A DNA stretch of 64,000 bases from a bacterium (GCA_030649835.1 JAUSES010000013.1:9317-73316); one strand, 5' to 3'; shown: positions 37,843 through 48,303, numbered from the stretch's first letter. The notes: a model not told the origin generated them from the sequence alone. Translations and numbers: made by a program.

Positions 37843-40719
37843 ATGATTTCTTTACGTAATTTTGCCCTGACACTGCTTGTTTTTCTCTTGCCTTTTTCAT
37901 TGACGAATGTTGCTTCTGCGCAAGTGGCAAGTCTTCCATCTGGGACAAGGGTAGATTATCCGGTGGGGGACGGGCCTATTGGTATTGCATTTGATAACAT
38001 AACAAACTCGGTATGGGTAACAAATGCCTACACTAGCACCCTTAGTAAGGTGAATATTTTTGATGGTACCAGAATTGACTATGTTGCTGGAATAAATCCG
38101 CGTGGTATCGCTTTTGACGGTGTTACAAATTCTGTATGGGTGGCAAATTCTGGCTCTAATACTGTTAGCAAGGTAAACATTTACACAGGCATAAAAACTG
38201 ATTATCCGGTCGCAATAGAGCCATTTGATATTGCTTTCGATAATGTTACAAACTCGGTTTGGGTTACAACTGGTGGTACCACAGGGATAATTAGTAAAGT
38301 AGACATTTTTACTGGCGCAAGGGTTGATTTTTATAATTGGTATTATCCGCGAGGTGTTGTCTTTGATAGTGTTACAAATTCTATATGGACAGGAAATTAT
38401 TATGCAGCTATTAGTAAGATAAATATATTTAATGGAACAAGAATAGATTATCCAACAGGATTAGGCAAGGAACAGATGTATGGAATTGCTTTTGATAACT
38501 TTAATAATTCCATCTGGGCAGGGATATCTTCTGCAAGCGTAATTACCAAAGTAAATGTTTTTACCGGAGAAATGACTGAGTATGTTGTTAAAGCAGCTCC
38601 ATATGGCGCCATTTTTGACAACACCACTAATTCAATATGGGTAACAAGTTATTCATTTAATACTGTTAGTAAAATAGATGTTCTAACTGGTACAAGAGTT
38701 GATTATCCAGTAGGCGGAGAGCCCTACGATATCGTTTTTGATAGTGTGACAGATTCTGTATGGGTAACAAATGTTGCCTCCAGCACTATTAGTAAAATAG
38801 CAATTGGAGCACCTCCTCAACATTTGCCCACTCTTTCTACCCTCGTACAACTTAAGTCAGATGGAGTAATGTCAATTGCAGAAGGTAGCGTTACGACTGA
38901 ATCAACCGCGGTTTTTAAGGCAACTCTTTCAGACGTAGATAATGATGTAGCTAAACTTCAAGTAGAATTAAAAGAATTAAGCCAACAGTTTGATGGAACA
39001 AATCTTTTGGAAAGTGGTTTTGTAGCATCAGGGAGCACTGCAACAACATCAAAAGAAATAATTGCCGACGGACAGTATCACTGGCGCGCACGCGCGGTAG
39101 ACGACAATGGAAATATGAGCGATTGGCAGGAGTTTGGTGCTTTTGGGAATATGGATTTTAAGGTGAAGACCGTCCCGCTGTATACGCAGAGACTATCAGA
39201 GTTTCCTTCAAGGACAGCGACTGAAGGTTGGGCAGGATTAGATTATGCAGCTGGGTCCGCCGGTAATTATAGCTGTGGTTCCACTATTGCTGGATGTGGT
39301 TGCGCCATCTCTTCATCTGTAATGATTATGCGCTTTCATGATATTACGGTGGCTGTTGATGGTCTTGAAGTAGAACCTAAAAATATAAATAATTGGCTCA
39401 ATACACATAATGGATACGACAACGGAAATGTTAATTGGAAAAAGGTCTCTGAATATTCTAAAAATCTAAATGGTCTTGCACGATTACAATTTGACAAAAT
39501 AATTCGTTTTAGAGATACGGTTACTCTTGATCAATATCTTGAGACTGGTCGACCTGCTATTCTTTATAGCAAAACCTTCGGTTCCCATTTTTTAGTGGCT
39601 GATGGCAAGCTTGCCAACACCTATACTATCAAAGACCCAGCTCGATATAATACAAAGAACCTTAACGACACAAGGATCGGTTCTTTTATTAAAAATTATA
39701 ACAATAATTTTGACGGCCTTCGATTGTATTCCCCTGTTCTTACTGCTATGAAGGGAATGTCGTTCAGCCTGGGTTCTCCCGCAGAACTTTTAATTATAGA
39801 CCCACTTGGCCGCAGATTAGGGAAAGACCCCACAACAGGGATTCTCTACGAGGAGATTCCAGAAGGTTCGTATTATCAAGAGGGGATAAGCAACGCCGAG
39901 CTAGAAAACCCCCCGCAAGCACACGAAAATAAGAATATTTGGATCCCCAATCCAGAAGTAGGGCAATACATAACGAAAGTTATCGGTACGGATACAGGGT
40001 CATACACCCTTAATTCCTTAGCCTATGACTATAACGGAGATTCTCATTCTCAAACATTGACCGCAACAACGCAACCTGCTTTTGTTGATGAATATCATCT
40101 CAGTGTGTCAACAGTAGGTCAACCGATAAACCTTGACCTCGCGCTCACCTCACAAGGGATTGATGAATGCCCCACTTTGAGTGGTACCAGCCTCGGCTGT
40201 CCTGCAAAGATTGATTTTTTGAGTATGGAAAAGATTAGTAATTCTGCAGGAGCGCCAGAGCTAATCAGTCCTCTCGGAGAAACTCGTTATACCGCCCCAG
40301 TGGTTTCAGGGGAACGGGGCACGACCGAGGTCAAAGCAAAGCTTTATGATGAGGGCAAACTTCTTGCTCTTTTGAATACGCGTTCAGTGTCATCTGACCA
40401 GCTTTGCGCAATTTTTGACGACACCTCAAAAGATAGTGCGTTACTCAATCACCTAACTAAAACAACAGATAAAGACGGCAAATTCTCTTTTGGTGTTTCA
40501 TCTACAACAGTTTCCCCTACGCTGATAGAAAGCGTTAGGGAAACTGTCGCGGGGCAATCAAAAAGAGTTTGTATCGCAGAATCAGTTTCCCCGCGAGATT
40601 TTGTTAACGGCATTGCTTCAAAAGAGGTAAGTATGATTACGCTTACTGTCAGAAATACAAACAACGGTATTTTGGTCAAAAAGACCGCGGGAAGTAACTC
40701 GCAAACGATAGACTACTAA
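37843..40719 (+). CDS. Secreted beta-propeller repeat protein (NHL/YVTN-like repeats x8) with an Ig/Fn3-like region and a C-terminal papain-like (peptidase C39-like) domain.
   Basis: Signal peptide. A roughly 40-aa repeat (GIAFDxVTNSVWVxNxxxxTVSKxNIxTG). Later NYSCGSTIAGCGCAIS (Cys) … GSHFLVADG (His) is typical of the C39-like fold. Confidence 0.5.
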   Translation: MISLRNFALTLLVFLLPFSLTNVASAQVASLPSGTRVDYPVGDGPIGIAFDNITNSVWVTNAYTSTLSKVNIFDGTRIDYVAGINPRGIAFDGVTNSVWVANSGSNTVSKVNIYTGIKTDYPVAIEPFDIAFDNVTNSVWVTTGGTTGIISKVDIFTGARVDFYNWYYPRGVVFDSVTNSIWTGNYYAAISKINIFNGTRIDYPTGLGKEQMYGIAFDNFNNSIWAGISSASVITKVNVFTGEMTEYVVKAAPYGAIFDNTTNSIWVTSYSFNTVSKIDVLTGTRVDYPVGGEPYDIVFDSVTDSVWVTNVASSTISKIAIGAPPQHLPTLSTLVQLKSDGVMSIAEGSVTTESTAVFKATLSDVDNDVAKLQVELKELSQQFDGTNLLESGFVASGSTATTSKEIIADGQYHWRARAVDDNGNMSDWQEFGAFGNMDFKVKTVPLYTQRLSEFPSRTATEGWAGLDYAAGSAGNYSCGSTIAGCGCAISSSVMIMRFHDITVAVDGLEVEPKNINNWLNTHNGYDNGNVNWKKVSEYSKNLNGLARLQFDKIIRFRDTVTLDQYLETGRPAILYSKTFGSHFLVADGKLANTYTIKDPARYNTKNLNDTRIGSFIKNYNNNFDGLRLYSPVLTAMKGMSFSLGSPAELLIIDPLGRRLGKDPTTGILYEEIPEGSYYQEGISNAELENPPQAHENKNIWIPNPEVGQYITKVIGTDTGSYTLNSLAYDYNGDSHSQTLTATTQPAFVDEYHLSVSTVGQPINLDLALTSQGIDECPTLSGTSLGCPAKIDFLSMEKISNSAGAPELISPLGETRYTAPVVSGERGTTEVKAKLYDEGKLLALLNTRSVSSDQLCAIFDDTSKDSALLNHLTKTTDKDGKFSFGVSSTTVSPTLIESVRETVAGQSKRVCIAESVSPRDFVNGIASKEVSMITLTVRNTNNGILVKKTAGSNSQTIDY

Positions 40720-40720
40720 T

Positions 40721-41800
40721 ATGAAATTTAATAAAATAGTTTTTGTTGCAGGATCACTTGTGGTGCTTGTTGTGAGTATAATAGTATACTATTTTTTCTA
40801 TCCTGAAACTGGAATAAATCGTGAACAGAAATTTGTAAAAGACAATCTGACAAAAGAAGATTGCCTTCATGAAAATTTAATTGCCGTCTTTGAAAATGAT
40901 AAATCTGATTATGTTGGTAAAGTCAAGGTAATTATAAGAGATAAACAATACAACAAGATTATTTCAAGTTTTGATATTGATGATGTTGCTAAAAGAAATT
41001 ATCATCCTGTAGAAATACACGAATGTGGGGTTTACGCTCTGAAGAGTTTTAATTATGATTATAAGTCCTCAAAAACACTCTCAGGGTTTAGTAGAGAACT
41101 TTGGTTCTACGATTATAGTGGTAACGGAAAATTACTGGTTGTTTTTTCTGGCGAAAGCGCATCTGGAGTTCCAGATGCGGGGGGAATTCCAGGAAGACTT
41201 TATTCATTTAACTATTCATACGACTTCCGTGTCTCACCACAAGAAACCCATGTAATTCTACTTCGAGGATACCTCGAATCTTCTGACTATGCGCTTATCG
41301 TTAAGGATTTAGAAACTCTTAAAGATGTTTTTGTGCTCCCAATAGCAGATATTGAAAGGGAAAATCCTGATATCATCGGTGATGTTGGACTCAAGGGTTG
41401 GTCTCGCGATGGTAGATATTTTTGGGCTGGAATGGCTTATGGTGCAAACACACTCAGTTTTATTCGTATTGATATAAAAACTATGAGCTTCGCCGTGTTT
41501 GCTGCACCCAAAGATGTCCTTGGTGGTGACGCTTTGAATATTGAAAAAGGACTCATCACCGTTCATCCTGGAAATGTGTGGTATGGGATCGCTGATGTGA
41601 CAGAACAAGAAAAAGCTGAACGTCGTAAGCAAGGTGCTGGCACCGAACTCTATATTGAAAATCTTTTCACCAAAAAGCGCGAGTTTGTTGCTAAAACTGA
41701 TGAGCCACTTTATTACTTTAAACCAAAATGGCTCTCTGATACCGAACTCCAATATGAACTGCCTAACGGGGAGAGAAAGATATATAAAATTAATATATAA
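40721..41800 (+). CDS. Hypothetical membrane-anchored protein.
   Basis: N-terminal TM helix IVFVAGSLVVLVVSIIVYYFF. No family recognised. Confidence 0.35.
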   Translation: MKFNKIVFVAGSLVVLVVSIIVYYFFYPETGINREQKFVKDNLTKEDCLHENLIAVFENDKSDYVGKVKVIIRDKQYNKIISSFDIDDVAKRNYHPVEIHECGVYALKSFNYDYKSSKTLSGFSRELWFYDYSGNGKLLVVFSGESASGVPDAGGIPGRLYSFNYSYDFRVSPQETHVILLRGYLESSDYALIVKDLETLKDVFVLPIADIERENPDIIGDVGLKGWSRDGRYFWAGMAYGANTLSFIRIDIKTMSFAVFAAPKDVLGGDALNIEKGLITVHPGNVWYGIADVTEQEKAERRKQGAGTELYIENLFTKKREFVAKTDEPLYYFKPKWLSDTELQYELPNGERKIYKINI

Positions 41801-41814
41801 TATAATTAGAAATT

Positions 41815-42852
41815 ATGCCAACACAATTTTATAAAAAATATATTTTCCTGCTCTTGAGTATCGTTATAGTAGTTTCGTTTGTAATTATTAGTAGAAATTA
41901 TTTCATATCAAAATGGTTACCACAGGACCCATCCTTAGTTGAGGGAACATCTTTATCAAAGATGCCTACTTCTACTCAGATGATTGATACAACCTCTCAG
42001 GTTGCCCAAAAAACACCAACTTGTATATCCACCAAAAGTAATAACGTTACTGATTCTCTAGATGTACCTAAATTATTCCCTGATTTTAAATGGACAAAAG
42101 TAAGTAAAACCGTGATGGAAGAAAAAGAGTTCAGCAGTGGATACATAAGTTTTCGCAAATTCTCAGATCAAGATTATACAAAAATTGATAGCTTAAAAGG
42201 CGAAGCATGGTCTATAATTTATGAATATGGAAGTCCCCCTGATTATAGCATTAATGAAAAATTTGATAGTTCTTTTGCTGAAAAGTTTCCAAAAGAAGAT
42301 TGGGTTTGGAAAACAAACGTGCATGGTTATGAGATAATGGGGGGCGCCGCAGATGGCCCCACCTCAGGCGTTTATGGGCTTGTTAAAATTGAGAACGGGA
42401 AACTACGCGCCGTTGTTATTGATAGAAGCGGCAGTTATAAAGGAACATTTCCCGATGATGCTGAATTAATCGCAACCACCTATACAATTTTTTTATCAGA
42501 CCCTGTGTCTTTGTCAGAAGTTTTACCGAATTATGCCCCTGCTCCTTATCTTGGCGTACTGCATACGGCGGTCAATCACGAAATTCAAAGGGAAAAAAAT
42601 CTTTCTGTTGATTATGGCGCTTTGGTTATTACCGACAGTTCTTTTGAGTCGGCAGTGATGACTGATTCACCAGCTTCAAAGGCGGGTATTAAAGATGGAG
42701 ATGTTATCCTTGCGGTGAATAATCAGCCCATAAATCAAACTAACCAATTAACAAAACTATTGTCTCAATATTGTCCGAGTGACATAATTATACTTCACGT
42801 ACTTTCACATAGTATAGAAAAAGATGTTTCTGTTACACTGGCAGAATATTGA
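41815..42852 (+). CDS. Membrane-anchored PDZ-domain protein.
   Basis: N-terminal TM helix. A C-terminal PDZ-like segment (…ASKAGIKDGDVILAVNNQPINQTNQL…). Confidence 0.5.
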   Translation: MPTQFYKKYIFLLLSIVIVVSFVIISRNYFISKWLPQDPSLVEGTSLSKMPTSTQMIDTTSQVAQKTPTCISTKSNNVTDSLDVPKLFPDFKWTKVSKTVMEEKEFSSGYISFRKFSDQDYTKIDSLKGEAWSIIYEYGSPPDYSINEKFDSSFAEKFPKEDWVWKTNVHGYEIMGGAADGPTSGVYGLVKIENGKLRAVVIDRSGSYKGTFPDDAELIATTYTIFLSDPVSLSEVLPNYAPAPYLGVLHTAVNHEIQREKNLSVDYGALVITDSSFESAVMTDSPASKAGIKDGDVILAVNNQPINQTNQLTKLLSQYCPSDIIILHVLSHSIEKDVSVTLAEY

Positions 42853-42901
42853 TTTATAAAAATTTCTTGAATTTTTACTGCCGTGATAACATTAAGTAAA
42901 T

Positions 42902-44863
42902 ATGTTTGGAAATTTAACACTCTCTGCGATTCCTACGGACCCGATTACGATTGGTGGTGGTTTTGTAATGGTTCTTTCAATATCGACGATTATCGGACTG
43001 TTGACCTATTTTAAAAAGTGGAAGTGGCTGTGGACGGAGTGGCTCACGTCAGTTGATCACAAAAAAATCGGTGTGATGTATATCATTCTCGCATTTGTGA
43101 TGATGCTCCGTGGTTTTTCTGATGCGATTATGATGCGCCTCCAGCAGGCTCTCTCGGTGGGGGATGCAGTAGGGTATTTACCACCAGAACACTACGACCA
43201 AATATTTACTGCGCACGGCGTGATTATGATTTTCTTTGTGGCGATGCCGTTAATGTTTGGGCTCATCAACTGGGCAGTGCCACTCCAGATAGGTGCGCGT
43301 GACGTTGCGTTTCCTTTTTTAAACTCCATGAGTTTGTGGCTCACGATTACTGGTGCGATGCTCGTGAACCTTTCGCTCGTGGTGGGGGAGTTTGCAGCGA
43401 CAGGATGGCTCGCGTACCCACCTCTTTCGGGGATTGTCTACAGCCCCGGCGTGGGTGTGGACTACTATATTTGGGCGCTCCAAATAGCGGGGGTGGGAAG
43501 CTTGCTTTCGGGAATCAACTTTTTTGTGACTATTCTTATGATGCGCGCGCAAGGAATGAATATGATGCGTATGCCGGTTTTCACGTGGACAGTTTTTTGC
43601 AGTATGATTTTGGTGATAATTTCTTTCCCTATTCTCACGGCGACACTCGGCATGCTCTCCCTTGACCGATTGCTCGGGATGCACTTTTTCACATCGGATT
43701 TTGGGGGAAATGCCATGATGTATGTAAATCTCATTTGGGCGTGGGGGCATCCTGAGGTGTACATTCTCGTTTTGCCTGCGTTTGGAATTTTTTCAGAAGT
43801 TGTCGCCACTTTTTCACGTAAGAAACTTTTTGGATACACCACGATGATATGGGCTACTATCGCTATTACCTTTCTCTCATTCGTGGTGTGGGTGCATCAC
43901 TTTTTCACAATGGGCGCAGGTGCAAATGTAAATGCGTTTTTTGGCATCATGACGATGATTATCGCCATTCCTACCGGCGTGAAAATTTTCAACTGGCTCT
44001 TCACTATGTTTCGCGGGCGCATCATTTTTGCTTCACCGATGCTCTGGATGATTGGTTTCGTGGTGACTTTCACCATTGGGGGCATGACGGGAGTACTCCT
44101 CGCGGTGCCGGGGGCGGATTTCCAGCTTCACAATAGTTTGTTTCTTATTGCGCATTTTCACAATACTATTATTGGCGGAGTGGTGTTTGGATATTTTGCA
44201 GGGCTCACGTATTGGTGGTCAAAGATTTTTGGATTCACGCTAAATGAGCGCCTTGGCAAAGCTGCATTTTGGCACTGGATCATCGGCTTTTTTGTTACGT
44301 TTACACCACTTTATATTCTGGGGCTTATGGGAATGACGAGAAGGCTCAACAATATTCCTGCAGGCACTGGCTGGGAAACACTTCTATATGTAGCCGGCAT
44401 TGGCGCACTGATTATTGGTATCGGAATTGTTCTGCAAATTTTACAGCTCATCGTAAGTATCCGTGACCGTGAAAAAAACAGAGACACGACCGGCGACCCG
44501 TGGGATGCGCGCACCCTAGAGTGGTCCACATCATCCCCTCCGCCATTTTATAATTTTGCGGTGATTCCTGTGGTGTGGGGACGAAGTCCGTTTTGGGGGA
44601 TGAAGAACAACCCGACAGAACGAGAGCTAAACCCACAGTACCAGGATATTCACATGCCAAAAAATACCGGGATGGGTTTGTATATTGCAATCGCGAGTTT
44701 CTTCGTTGGGTTTGGTTTAGTGTGGCACATATGGTGGCTTGCGGGGCTTGGTTTTGTGGCGGTCATCGCGCTCGTCATTATTCGTTCTTTTGATTATGAT
44801 ACGGAGTATGTGGTAACGGCGGAGGAGATAGCGCGTATTGAAAATGCGCGTAAGCAAAAGTAA
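42902..44863 (+). CDS. cyoB: Cytochrome bo3 ubiquinol oxidase subunit I (heme-copper oxidase).
   Basis: 653 aa. [22 protein letters not shown] and the His ligands are present (HHFFTMG, LIAHFHN). It shows very high similarity along its length to proteobacterial CyoB as I recall it. Confidence 0.9.
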   Translation: MFGNLTLSAIPTDPITIGGGFVMVLSISTIIGLLTYFKKWKWLWTEWLTSVDHKKIGVMYIILAFVMMLRGFSDAIMMRLQQALSVGDAVGYLPPEHYDQIFTAHGVIMIFFVAMPLMFGLINWAVPLQIGARDVAFPFLNSMSLWLTITGAMLVNLSLVVGEFAATGWLAYPPLSGIVYSPGVGVDYYIWALQIAGVGSLLSGINFFVTILMMRAQGMNMMRMPVFTWTVFCSMILVIISFPILTATLGMLSLDRLLGMHFFTSDFGGNAMMYVNLIWAWGHPEVYILVLPAFGIFSEVVATFSRKKLFGYTTMIWATIAITFLSFVVWVHHFFTMGAGANVNAFFGIMTMIIAIPTGVKIFNWLFTMFRGRIIFASPMLWMIGFVVTFTIGGMTGVLLAVPGADFQLHNSLFLIAHFHNTIIGGVVFGYFAGLTYWWSKIFGFTLNERLGKAAFWHWIIGFFVTFTPLYILGLMGMTRRLNNIPAGTGWETLLYVAGIGALIIGIGIVLQILQLIVSIRDREKNRDTTGDPWDARTLEWSTSSPPPFYNFAVIPVVWGRSPFWGMKNNPTERELNPQYQDIHMPKNTGMGLYIAIASFFVGFGLVWHIWWLAGLGFVAVIALVIIRSFDYDTEYVVTAEEIARIENARKQK

Positions 44864-44864
44864 T

Positions 44865-45491
44865 ATGAATACAGAAACACTAAATCAAAATCTCACCGCC
44901 ACGCATGAGGCACACCAGACGCGTGGTGCAAAAGCCCTGTTTGGCTTCTGGACGTACATTATGAGCGACGTACTTCTGTTTGGCGCAATTTTTGCATCAT
45001 ACGCAGTGCTCCATGACAACATCTTTGGTGGGCCTTCAGCAAAAGAGCTCTTTAGTATGCCGTTTGTTTTAGTAGAGACACTCGTGCTTCTCGCAAGCAG
45101 TTTCACTTTTGGGCTCGCATCGCTACATGCGCATCACCATGCGGAGGGCAGGAATTGTATACCGAAAGTGGTGAAGTGGCTTGGCATAACATTCCTTCTT
45201 GGAGCAGTCTTTTTAGGAATGGAGTTGTTTGAATTTGCAAAACTCCTTGAAGAGGGGAACGGATGGCAGAGAAGTGGTTTTTTGTCGGCGTTCTTTACAC
45301 TTGTGGGCACCCACGGTCTTCACGTGACGGCGGGGCTCATTTGGATGGGGAGTGTGACCGCGCAGGTCGTGCGTCACGGCATTACCGAGAGGACGATAAA
45401 CAAAATATCCACACTCGGTTTGTTCTGGCATTTCCTTGATATCGTATGGATATTCATTTTCACGTTTGTGTATTTAATGGGCGCAATATAA
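44865..45491 (+). CDS. cyoC: Cytochrome bo3 ubiquinol oxidase subunit III.
   Basis: Five TM helices. The start is taken at the in-frame ATG just after the cyoB stop; the listed ORF begins at 44838. Confidence 0.75.
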   Translation: MNTETLNQNLTATHEAHQTRGAKALFGFWTYIMSDVLLFGAIFASYAVLHDNIFGGPSAKELFSMPFVLVETLVLLASSFTFGLASLHAHHHAEGRNCIPKVVKWLGITFLLGAVFLGMELFEFAKLLEEGNGWQRSGFLSAFFTLVGTHGLHVTAGLIWMGSVTAQVVRHGITERTINKISTLGLFWHFLDIVWIFIFTFVYLMGAI

Positions 45492-45512
45492 CGAACTCAT
45501 ATCAAAAATATT

Positions 45513-45893
45513 ATGGATACTAACGATTTTAAAATAATTGATGAGGAATACGAAGCAGGGCGCCTTGCTTTGCGATCGTACGTGACAGGTTTTGTGCTGT
45601 CCATCATACTCACACTCATTCCGTATTTCATAGTGGTAAATAAAATGTTCGGAGTACAAAGTATGGTTGTGGCCATTGTCCTCTTTGGCGTGACCCAGCT
45701 TTTTGTTCAGGTTGTCTTTTTCCTCCACCTTCATAAAAAATTCAAACCTAAATGGAACATGGTTATTTTTACGTTCACAGTACTCATTGTTTCTATATTG
45801 GTCGTAGGTACACTTTGGATTATGTCCAACCTCAACTACAACACTATGCATAGAACCCCCGCGACGTTAAATGAAGGATATATTCCACAGTAG
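45513..45893 (+). CDS. cyoD: Cytochrome bo3 ubiquinol oxidase subunit IV.
   Basis: 126 aa with three TM helices. Positioned after cyoC. Confidence 0.65.
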   Translation: MDTNDFKIIDEEYEAGRLALRSYVTGFVLSIILTLIPYFIVVNKMFGVQSMVVAIVLFGVTQLFVQVVFFLHLHKKFKPKWNMVIFTFTVLIVSILVVGTLWIMSNLNYNTMHRTPATLNEGYIPQ

Positions 45894-45899
45894 AGGGGG

Positions 45900-45934
45900 T
45901 AGAATGTAGAATTTAGAATATTGAATATAGAATG
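45900..45934 (+). repeat. Tandem heptamer array TAGAATG-TAGAATT-TAGAATA-TTGAATA-TAGAATG running into the ATG at 45932.
   Basis: Read directly. The units resemble -10 boxes (TAGAAT). It is the complement orientation of the ATTCTAA arrays. Confidence 0.75.
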
Positions 45935-46237
45935 AAAAAAACTCTTTTTAAAAACGATAAATATAAAAAAACGCGTGGTGGATACTCGCGACTTTTGAAT
46001 ATCTCTTGTGAAAAATGCAGGGAACATATTTGCAATTATCAAAAAGACGGGCCAGGTAATTTACGTCGACTATATCGTGATCGCATCAGCAATCCGAAGA
46101 TCTCTGTTTCAGGAAAGAACCTCACTTGCTCGAGAGGTCATCTTCTAGGTGTAGGAATTATTTATGATAAAGAAAAACGACCAGCGTTTCGTTTATTTGT
46201 TGATTCGGTCACGAAAAAGATAATTAGATCTGTCTAA
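45932..46237 (+). CDS. Hypothetical small Cys-containing protein.
   Basis: CEKCREHIC…C..H pattern. No family recognised. Confidence 0.3.
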   Translation: MKKTLFKNDKYKKTRGGYSRLLNISCEKCREHICNYQKDGPGNLRRLYRDRISNPKISVSGKNLTCSRGHLLGVGIIYDKEKRPAFRLFVDSVTKKIIRSV

Positions 46238-46242
46238 TCGTT

Positions 46243-46824
46243 ATGGAAAATATACAAGTATATATCGGATATGCGGCGGGAATACTCGGGTTCATCCCAT
46301 TTATTTTGCTGATCATCTCAATGAGAAAGGGTATAACAAAACCAAATCTAGCTGGATGGGTTTTGTACACTGTTGCGATGGTGATGATTGTGGCTAGTAG
46401 TATCGCACTTAATGCATGGCAAGCTGTGTGGCTTGCCATGGCCTATGTTGTCGGACAATCTTTAGTAATCGCTGTCTCCTTCAAGACTGGTTATTTTTCC
46501 TTTTCTCGTTTTGATTATTGGTGCTTATCCATTTCTTTTTTAAGCCTGATACTCTGGATTTATACAAATAATCCGCTATATGCACTGGTATTAAATGTCA
46601 TTGTTGATGGGCTTGGAACATTTGCGATATCACGAAAGTTGTATTTGCATCCAGGAACTGAAGATACAACGGCATGGGTTGTTGGATTCCTCGTAGCCTT
46701 GCTTAATGTGTTTGCTGTTGCTTCTTTTGATATTAGTAACGCACTTTATCCTATATACATAGTACTTGCGTGTGCTTTAATTGCTGGGTTAAGTTTGAGA
46801 CGAGTTAATGCTATAAATACTTAA
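46243..46824 (+). CDS. Hypothetical polytopic membrane protein.
   Basis: Six predicted TM helices. Confidence 0.35.
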   Translation: MENIQVYIGYAAGILGFIPFILLIISMRKGITKPNLAGWVLYTVAMVMIVASSIALNAWQAVWLAMAYVVGQSLVIAVSFKTGYFSFSRFDYWCLSISFLSLILWIYTNNPLYALVLNVIVDGLGTFAISRKLYLHPGTEDTTAWVVGFLVALLNVFAVASFDISNALYPIYIVLACALIAGLSLRRVNAINT

Positions 46825-46826
46825 AT

Positions 46827-47441
46827 ATGAATATTAAGAATTACTTATTTGACTTTGATGGGACGCTTTTTGACACGCAGAAGCTACATGCTGCAGTAGA
46901 ATCTGAGTTGTTTGCTGAAAACGGAATCGCAATGCCACCAGAGGAGATAACTGAAAAATATGCTGGTATTAAAACAGAAGCATTTTTTGCTGAACTTTTG
47001 GGAGACGAGAAACTTGCAAAGACATTGATCGCAAAAAAATGGGAGAAATTAATTCCCCTTGCGCGAACAGCTGAACCTCTGGGTGATCTACATACCCTTT
47101 TTTCCTCACTTAAAGCTAAGGGTCTACTTTTTGGCATTGGCACAGCATCTCCCTTGTCATGGGTTGAGGAAATATTGGCAATAAATAATCTCACACCCTA
47201 CTTTTCAGAAAAATCTATCATTACTGGTGAGATGGTTGAACAAGGGAAGCCTCATCCAGAAACATGGCAAAGATTACAGTGTGGGGTTCCAGGGGAAAAT
47301 TGTCTTGTTGTAGAAGATGGTGTTGCTGGGGTCTTTGCCGCAAAAGCGGCCAACATGAATTACGTAGTCGTTGGGAAACCAAATGATAAATTTCCGGAAG
47401 ATTCAGTCTTTATTCAATCTGTCTCTAGTCTAATAAACTAA
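46827..47441 (+). CDS. HAD-IA hydrolase (beta-phosphoglucomutase/phosphatase-like).
   Basis: Motif I LFDFDGTLFDT. Later motifs GIGTASP and VVEDGVAGVFAAKAANM. Confidence 0.6.
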   Translation: MNIKNYLFDFDGTLFDTQKLHAAVESELFAENGIAMPPEEITEKYAGIKTEAFFAELLGDEKLAKTLIAKKWEKLIPLARTAEPLGDLHTLFSSLKAKGLLFGIGTASPLSWVEEILAINNLTPYFSEKSIITGEMVEQGKPHPETWQRLQCGVPGENCLVVEDGVAGVFAAKAANMNYVVVGKPNDKFPEDSVFIQSVSSLIN

Positions 47442-47442
47442 C

Positions 47443-48297
47443 TTGCTTAAAAACTATTACCAACTCACCAAGCCGGGGATTATTTATGGCAATGCGATTA
47501 CGGTTGTTGCGGGTTTTTTGATTGCGTCGAGGGGGAGTGTTGATTGGTGGCTCTTGCTCGTGACTCTGCTTGGGATTTCGCTCATTATGGCGTCGGGCTG
47601 TGTCTTTAATAATTACATTGACCGTGACATTGATGCTTTGATGGAGCGGACGAAAAATCGTGCGTTGGTGAAGGGTGCGGTGTCCTTGAGAGGCGCACTT
47701 TTTTACGGCGTTTTTTTAGGATCTCTCGGTACTGTCCTTTTATTTTTGTATACAAACACATTGATCGTGCTTGTTGCGCTTGGCGGACTCGTTGCGTATG
47801 TTGGTTTATACAGTTTGCGCTTCAAGCGCACGTCCACGCACGGCACTATCGTAGGAAGTATTTCTGGAGCAGTGCCACCGGTTGTGGGGTATCTTGCAGT
47901 TTCAAATAGTGTCGACCTAGGGGTTGTGATTTTATTTTTTATTCTAGCGCTTTGGCAGATGCCCCATTCATTCGCCATTGCCATATATCGACTCGAGGAT
48001 TATGCAAAGGCAAATATCCCCGTGCTCCCCGTCAAAAAAGGAATTTTTATAACGAAAATACAGATGGTGATTTACATCACACTTTTTATTCTCGCCACAC
48101 TTGCGCTTCCCGTGTTTGGCTATGTAGGCAACGCATATTTCTTTACAATGTCTTTATTTGGCATTGTGTGGCTTACACTTGCAGGAAAAGGTTTTTCTAC
48201 GACCAATGACAAACTCTGGGCTCGCCGTATGTTCATTTTTTCAATCGTAATTCTAACGATTTTTTCTATCATGATTGCGTTTGATGTGGTAAAATAG
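47443..48297 (+). CDS. cyoE: Protoheme IX farnesyltransferase (heme O synthase; UbiA family).
   Basis: NNYIDRDIDALMERTKNRALV (Asp-rich motif). Nine TM helices. Confidence 0.85.
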   Translation: MLKNYYQLTKPGIIYGNAITVVAGFLIASRGSVDWWLLLVTLLGISLIMASGCVFNNYIDRDIDALMERTKNRALVKGAVSLRGALFYGVFLGSLGTVLLFLYTNTLIVLVALGGLVAYVGLYSLRFKRTSTHGTIVGSISGAVPPVVGYLAVSNSVDLGVVILFFILALWQMPHSFAIAIYRLEDYAKANIPVLPVKKGIFITKIQMVIYITLFILATLALPVFGYVGNAYFFTMSLFGIVWLTLAGKGFSTTNDKLWARRMFIFSIVILTIFSIMIAFDVVK

Positions 48298-48303
48298 GTC
48301 ATC

